64,000 nt of DNA from Chthoniobacteraceae bacterium (GTDB taxonomy: Bacteria; Verrucomicrobiota; Verrucomicrobiia; Chthoniobacterales; Chthoniobacteraceae). Position numbers and translations under genes: made by a program. The stretch spans positions 1,380 through 65,379 of the forward strand of contig DASYIS010000422.1 in NCBI GenBank assembly GCA_035997375.1, in the 5' to 3' direction. The notes under the pieces are model-generated. The model made no database searches. It was not told where the DNA came from and saw only the letters and a list, made by a program, of their open reading frames with translations. Shown here piece after piece: positions 60,512 to 64,000 of this stretch; positions within the stretch are counted from its first letter, which is position 1, and every line of letters starts with the position of its first letter.

Positions 60512-60879
60512 GCGTCGGGACTTTTGAGGATGCGCACCAGCCGCCCGCGCGCGGCGACCTGGTGCTCGGCCAGGCGGCGCACCACCAGCGACTCCACGAG
60601 CCGCACCTGCTGCAGCCAGACCAGGAGCAGCGGGACCGAGGAATGTTTCAAGGCCTCGGCCAACTCGACTCCGAAATGCGCGGCCGTGACGCGCTCCAGG
60701 CACGAGGAGCAGACCGTGCGCTGCTCGTTCACCCAACTACACCCGCCGGCGCACGCCCGCGCATCCGTGCAGCCGCACTCCGCGCACGTGCCCGGCCGCA
60801 CCTTGCGCGGGCGCCGGGAAGGGGCGCGGTCGCCGAGCGAAGCCAGCCCACGGATGAGATCGAGCATCGCCTCGTTCAT
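60508..60879 (-). CDS. Cys-rich hypothetical protein (123 aa)
   Basis: CAECGCTDARACAGGCSW..CSSC. ATGA overlaps. Confidence 0.5.
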   Translation of the reverse strand: MNEAMLDLIRGLASLGDRAPSRRPRKVRPGTCAECGCTDARACAGGCSWVNEQRTVCSSCLERVTAAHFGVELAEALKHSSVPLLLVWLQQVRLVESLVVRRLAEHQVAARGRLVRILKSPDA

Positions 60880-61208
60880 GCCGCTGCCCTCCGTTGTTGG
60901 ATCGCCGCGCGGATCTCCGCCATCGGCGCGTGAATGACCCGCGCTTCATGCCGCTCGGAAGTGGCGGCAAACTTCCGGACAGTGCCGGTCCGGCGATTGC
61001 GGACGCGGACTTCGCTTGGAGAGTACCACCAGGCATCGCTGTGCCCAATGACCTCGGCCTCGATCTTCGCGCGCCCCAGTTTCACCTGCACCAGGCAACC
61101 GAGCGGATAAGCTCGCTTCACCTCGGCCATCAGGGCCTCCGTGGCTTTGCGGCTTTTCTTGTAAGCCGCGGCGATCGCTGCGGGGATGCATTTGCCGACG
61201 TCGCTCAT
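60876..61208 (-). CDS. Hypothetical protein (110 aa)
   Basis: Early operon; 4-nt overlaps at both ends. Confidence 0.5.
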   Translation of the reverse strand: MSDVGKCIPAAIAAAYKKSRKATEALMAEVKRAYPLGCLVQVKLGRAKIEAEVIGHSDAWWYSPSEVRVRNRRTGTVRKFAATSERHEARVIHAPMAEIRAAIQQRRAAA

Positions 61209-61552
61209 ACGCCGAGTTGGAGTTGTTGCCGCCGCGGACCGGCGGCGAGTTGTTTCAATGGCCGCGCCGGCTTGAGCGCGGCCTGCGCCACGCTCTTGCG
61301 CACGTCGACGCAGGCACCCTCTTTCGTGACGAAGCGCGTCTTCTTCCCGACGCTCTCCGTCTCGATCGCGACCTCGTCGCCGAGCGTGTACTGGAAACAG
61401 TAGCCCTCCTCGCCGAACTCAGCCAGGTCGATAAATTGGCGGCGGGTCAGTCGCACCGCGCCCGCGAAAAGGTTGAGCAGCGTCTGCAGGCCCTTGTTGT
61501 CCGGGACCAGGAACGCCGAGCCGTCGATATTGATGATGGTCGGCTTTTTCAT
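61205..61552 (-). CDS. Hypothetical protein (115 aa)
   Basis: Early operon; 4-nt overlaps at both ends. Confidence 0.5.
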   Translation of the reverse strand: MKKPTIINIDGSAFLVPDNKGLQTLLNLFAGAVRLTRRQFIDLAEFGEEGYCFQYTLGDEVAIETESVGKKTRFVTKEGACVDVRKSVAQAALKPARPLKQLAAGPRRQQLQLGV

Positions 61553-62022
61553 GGGGCGCTCCTTTCCAGACGCTCAGACTCCAGCACCGCCAGCTCCGCC
61601 GGCGTCGCAAAGCTCAGCCGCGCGCGGATGCTCATGACGTCCAGCACCACGTCGCGGTAGGCAAACTCCCCGTCGTCGGCCAGCGCGGCGAGTTGCCCGC
61701 CATCGATGCCCGCGGCCAGCGCCTGCACCCGCAGCACTTGCTCCTTCGCGTCACCTGGCACGTCGTGTTGCGGATCGGTCCCCATCTGGAGCACCCGGCC
61801 GAAGACCGGGGCGAGCCGCGTGAGGATCTCTTCGACGCCGCCGAGCCAGAGCTCCACCTCGCGCCGCGACGCCTCGGGAAAGTCCGGTCGGCGCAGCACG
61901 ACCTGGAGCGATGAGGCGAGGATGAACAGCGTCCCCACCGGGAGGACGAGCGTGGCCTCCCGGGCCGCGTGCTCGCGCATGGCCTCGACGAACTCTGCCG
62001 CGGGATCGGAGGTATTCGTCAT
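61549..62022 (-). CDS. Hypothetical protein (157 aa)
   Basis: Start at MTNTSDP with an ATGA overlap. Confidence 0.5.
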   Translation of the reverse strand: MTNTSDPAAEFVEAMREHAAREATLVLPVGTLFILASSLQVVLRRPDFPEASRREVELWLGGVEEILTRLAPVFGRVLQMGTDPQHDVPGDAKEQVLRVQALAAGIDGGQLAALADDGEFAYRDVVLDVMSIRARLSFATPAELAVLESERLERSAP

Positions 62023-62735
62023 GGCGCGGCGACGACGGGTTGCACGAACTTCTCCCGCGCCATCTCCCATGGCACCAGCGACCGCGAAAGCTTCAGCCCC
62101 TCATCGACCGGGACCGCGACGATCGCGTAATCCCACGCCGAGTCGATCTCCGCCCGCGTGTACTGCCCGGCGCGCCGCAGATCCGTCACGTAGCCGGCGC
62201 GGTGCGGCGCCCACCAGAGCGCGAGGTCGCTCCCCGGCATCGGCGAATGTTTCACCGAGAGCAGAAAGAACAGCTCCGGCGCCGACGCGGGCTCGGGGAC
62301 CTTCACCATGACGTGGCGCAGCGAGACGCCGCCGCTGATCCCCTTCACCATCACCATCGCCGAATGCCCGCCCATCAGCCAGGCCTCCGACCTGGTCACC
62401 GTCTCGATGAGGCGACTGTCGCCGAGCACCGGCTGATACAGCACGGCCGTCCCGGCCGGGCACGCCTCATTCCACCGCTGCGCCAGCATCTCCTCGAGCG
62501 AGGCTTTGACCTCCCGCAAATCGTTGATCGCGTCGGCGCCGCCTTCGCCATCTTTGGACGTAGAGCCGTCTGGCAGCTCCTTGGTTCCATCCGGCCAGAT
62601 CAACCAGACGTCGCGCCCGCGGAAAGCCTCAGCCGCGAGCCGCTGCTTCATGTGGGAGTGATCAGCATCCTCCTCGCCGGTGAAGATGTCGCGCCCGCTT
62701 TCCTGGTCGCACACCCAAAGTCGATATGTGCTCAT
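62019..62735 (-). CDS. Hypothetical protein (238 aa)
   Basis: Early operon; 4-nt overlaps. Confidence 0.55.
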   Translation of the reverse strand: MSTYRLWVCDQESGRDIFTGEEDADHSHMKQRLAAEAFRGRDVWLIWPDGTKELPDGSTSKDGEGGADAINDLREVKASLEEMLAQRWNEACPAGTAVLYQPVLGDSRLIETVTRSEAWLMGGHSAMVMVKGISGGVSLRHVMVKVPEPASAPELFFLLSVKHSPMPGSDLALWWAPHRAGYVTDLRRAGQYTRAEIDSAWDYAIVAVPVDEGLKLSRSLVPWEMAREKFVQPVVAAP

Positions 62736-62974
62736 GGCAGAATGAGCCCTCCCGCATTGCGACCCGGCACCACGATCGGCGACGGCGGCGTTGAGAGAAG
62801 CGCGCGCGCCTGGTTAAGCCAGCCCCGCGCTTCCTCGATGCATTCCAGCGCGGCCGCCTTCTGTTGCGCGTCGAACTGCTCGTCCATCTCCACAAACATG
62901 CCGGCCGCCGTCGCCGCGATCCGGGCGCCGTCGACCGCCGCGATGGTGAACGAAGGCACCGCTGTCTCGCTCAT
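62732..62974 (-). CDS. Hypothetical protein (80 aa)
   Basis: Early operon; 4-nt overlaps. Confidence 0.45.
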   Translation of the reverse strand: MSETAVPSFTIAAVDGARIAATAAGMFVEMDEQFDAQQKAAALECIEEARGWLNQARALLSTPPSPIVVPGRNAGGLILP

Positions 62975-63390
62975 CGTCCCCTCCCTTCTCCCTCGAGGTC
63001 CTCGAGCCGCTCCGGGGCAGTATCGTAATCATCCGCCTTCTCCTGCTCCGTGCGATCGTCCTCCTCACCCAGCGCGCTGCGCAGCTCGTCGGCCGCGTGG
63101 CCGTAGCGACCATCCATGAGCGCCAGCAACGCGCGCTTCACCTGGTCCCGCGAAACCGGCGCCTCCGCATTCCGGCAAATGAACCGCTCGCGGACCTCGC
63201 GCACCGTGACTCCATCGATGGACGCCAGCGCCTCCGTCAAAAGGTCAAAGCTCTGCGACCCGACATTGATGAACCAGCCAAGGAGCGGATTCTCGCGCGA
63301 CGACTGCCGGAGCACATGCACCATCGCCTTCCGCGCCTGGTCGAGCGGCGCAACACCTTCCATCTGCTTCCCTTCCATGAGCTGGTCCAT
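62971..63390 (-). CDS. Hypothetical protein (139 aa)
   Basis: Early operon; abuts the upstream stop. Confidence 0.5.
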   Translation of the reverse strand: MDQLMEGKQMEGVAPLDQARKAMVHVLRQSSRENPLLGWFINVGSQSFDLLTEALASIDGVTVREVRERFICRNAEAPVSRDQVKRALLALMDGRYGHAADELRSALGEEDDRTEQEKADDYDTAPERLEDLEGEGRGR

Positions 63391-63960
63391 TTACAGCGCC
63401 CTCCCTTCCAAGAGAAAATCCGCATCGGATGGCAGGCCAAGGATTCGCTGCTCACCGTCAATGCCGCCCGCGAGGGTGATGTAGAGGAGCGCCTCGCTGT
63501 CCCATCCCCGCAGATCGCACTCGTACCTACCGGCGACGAGGGTGCCGTCTGGCAAGACGAGAGTCAGGCCGTGTCCGCAATGCACGTCGCGACGACCAAG
63601 CCAGTGGCGGAAGCCACCACCATCGCGCTCCAGGCGAAGTCGGCCGTAGCGCAGCCCAGCCCGCCGCGGCGACGGCTCGACAGCGAACTCGGCGCTGTCC
63701 GGCAGCACAATCTTCGCCTCGCCGTAGCGCGACAGGCGGAAAGTAATGAACGCCTTCTCCTCTTCGCGACTCACCCATCCCGCAATGGTGGTCTTATCCG
63801 CGAGCAGCAAGTGCACCGGCTGGGGATTGAAGTCGCCTTCCGTCCAGACCTCATCAAGCGAGCGGCTCCCGCGCTTGACGCGCAACAGTCGCGCCAGCTC
63901 CGTGCGCCAACTGTCGCGGCACGCATCGCGGAAGCGGTCATACCTTTCGTGGTCACTCAC
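63391..63960 (-). CDS. Hypothetical protein (189 aa)
   Basis: Early operon; clean ORF. Confidence 0.5.
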   Translation of the reverse strand: MSDHERYDRFRDACRDSWRTELARLLRVKRGSRSLDEVWTEGDFNPQPVHLLLADKTTIAGWVSREEEKAFITFRLSRYGEAKIVLPDSAEFAVEPSPRRAGLRYGRLRLERDGGGFRHWLGRRDVHCGHGLTLVLPDGTLVAGRYECDLRGWDSEALLYITLAGGIDGEQRILGLPSDADFLLEGRAL

Positions 63961-64000
63961 CTCGCCCGCCTGCCAGAGCGCTTCGAGCTGAGGTTCGACC

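Larger units (their letters stand above)
9994..64000. mobile_element. Lambda-like siphovirus prophage adjacent to tRNA-Asn; right end beyond the window; interrupted by a nested element at 33514-43578
   Basis: Continuous minus-strand modules for lysis, tail, head, packaging and early genes. The first phage-side gene overlaps the endolysin convergently, so the boundary is placed between 9993 and 10071. Confidence 0.85.

Overview
High-GC bacterial DNA, roughly two-thirds G+C by eye. REP-like CACGGAT and palindromic repeats suggest a Verrucomicrobia/PVC-type host, but this is unverified. Positions 1-9900 are chromosomal. They hold the 3' end of a large SF1 helicase with REase-like and WGR domains. 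Next comes a visibly low-GC two-gene island at about 1340-4750: an Eco57I/type-IIG-like N6-adenine methyltransferase plus a coupled 186-aa unknown. After that come a decayed LMW-phosphatase pseudogene, an IS200/RAYT-type transposase remnant with a 100-nt palindrome, class-I fructose-bisphosphate aldolase, a secreted protein, hisB and tRNA-Asn(GTT). From the tRNA to the window end (about 9994-64000) lies a lambda-like siphovirus prophage, almost entirely on the minus strand. Read from high to low coordinates it contains a long early/replication operon (ParB nuclease, Dam, Pol-X-like nucleotidyltransferase, HerA/FtsK-like ATPase), TerS, GpA-type TerL, a gpW-like protein, portal, S49 protease-scaffold, capsid, tail chaperones with a -1 frameshift, tape measure, distal tail and collagen-like fibre, a spanin-like protein and a GH25 endolysin. 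The main finding is that the portal gene is split in frame by a 10.06-kb integrase-bearing element (33514-43578) flanked by an 8-bp duplication, TACCAGTG. The element carries int and xis, its own TerS-like gene, a divergent copy of the helper protease-scaffold, a small protein made of two scaffold C-terminal modules, a 716-aa tape measure equal in length to the helper one, and a copy of the roughly 130-bp sequence that precedes the helper terS (a candidate cos/pac region). It therefore looks like a phage satellite, or a miniaturised relative, parked inside its helper's portal gene. Other signals include a TTGACA motif 13-17 nt upstream of many phage start codons, heptamer TCGTCAT arrays flanking one tail gene, polypyrimidine leaders, and an in-frame nested lipoprotein in the lysis cassette. 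All functional calls come from motif recognition by eye and gene order; no database search was run.
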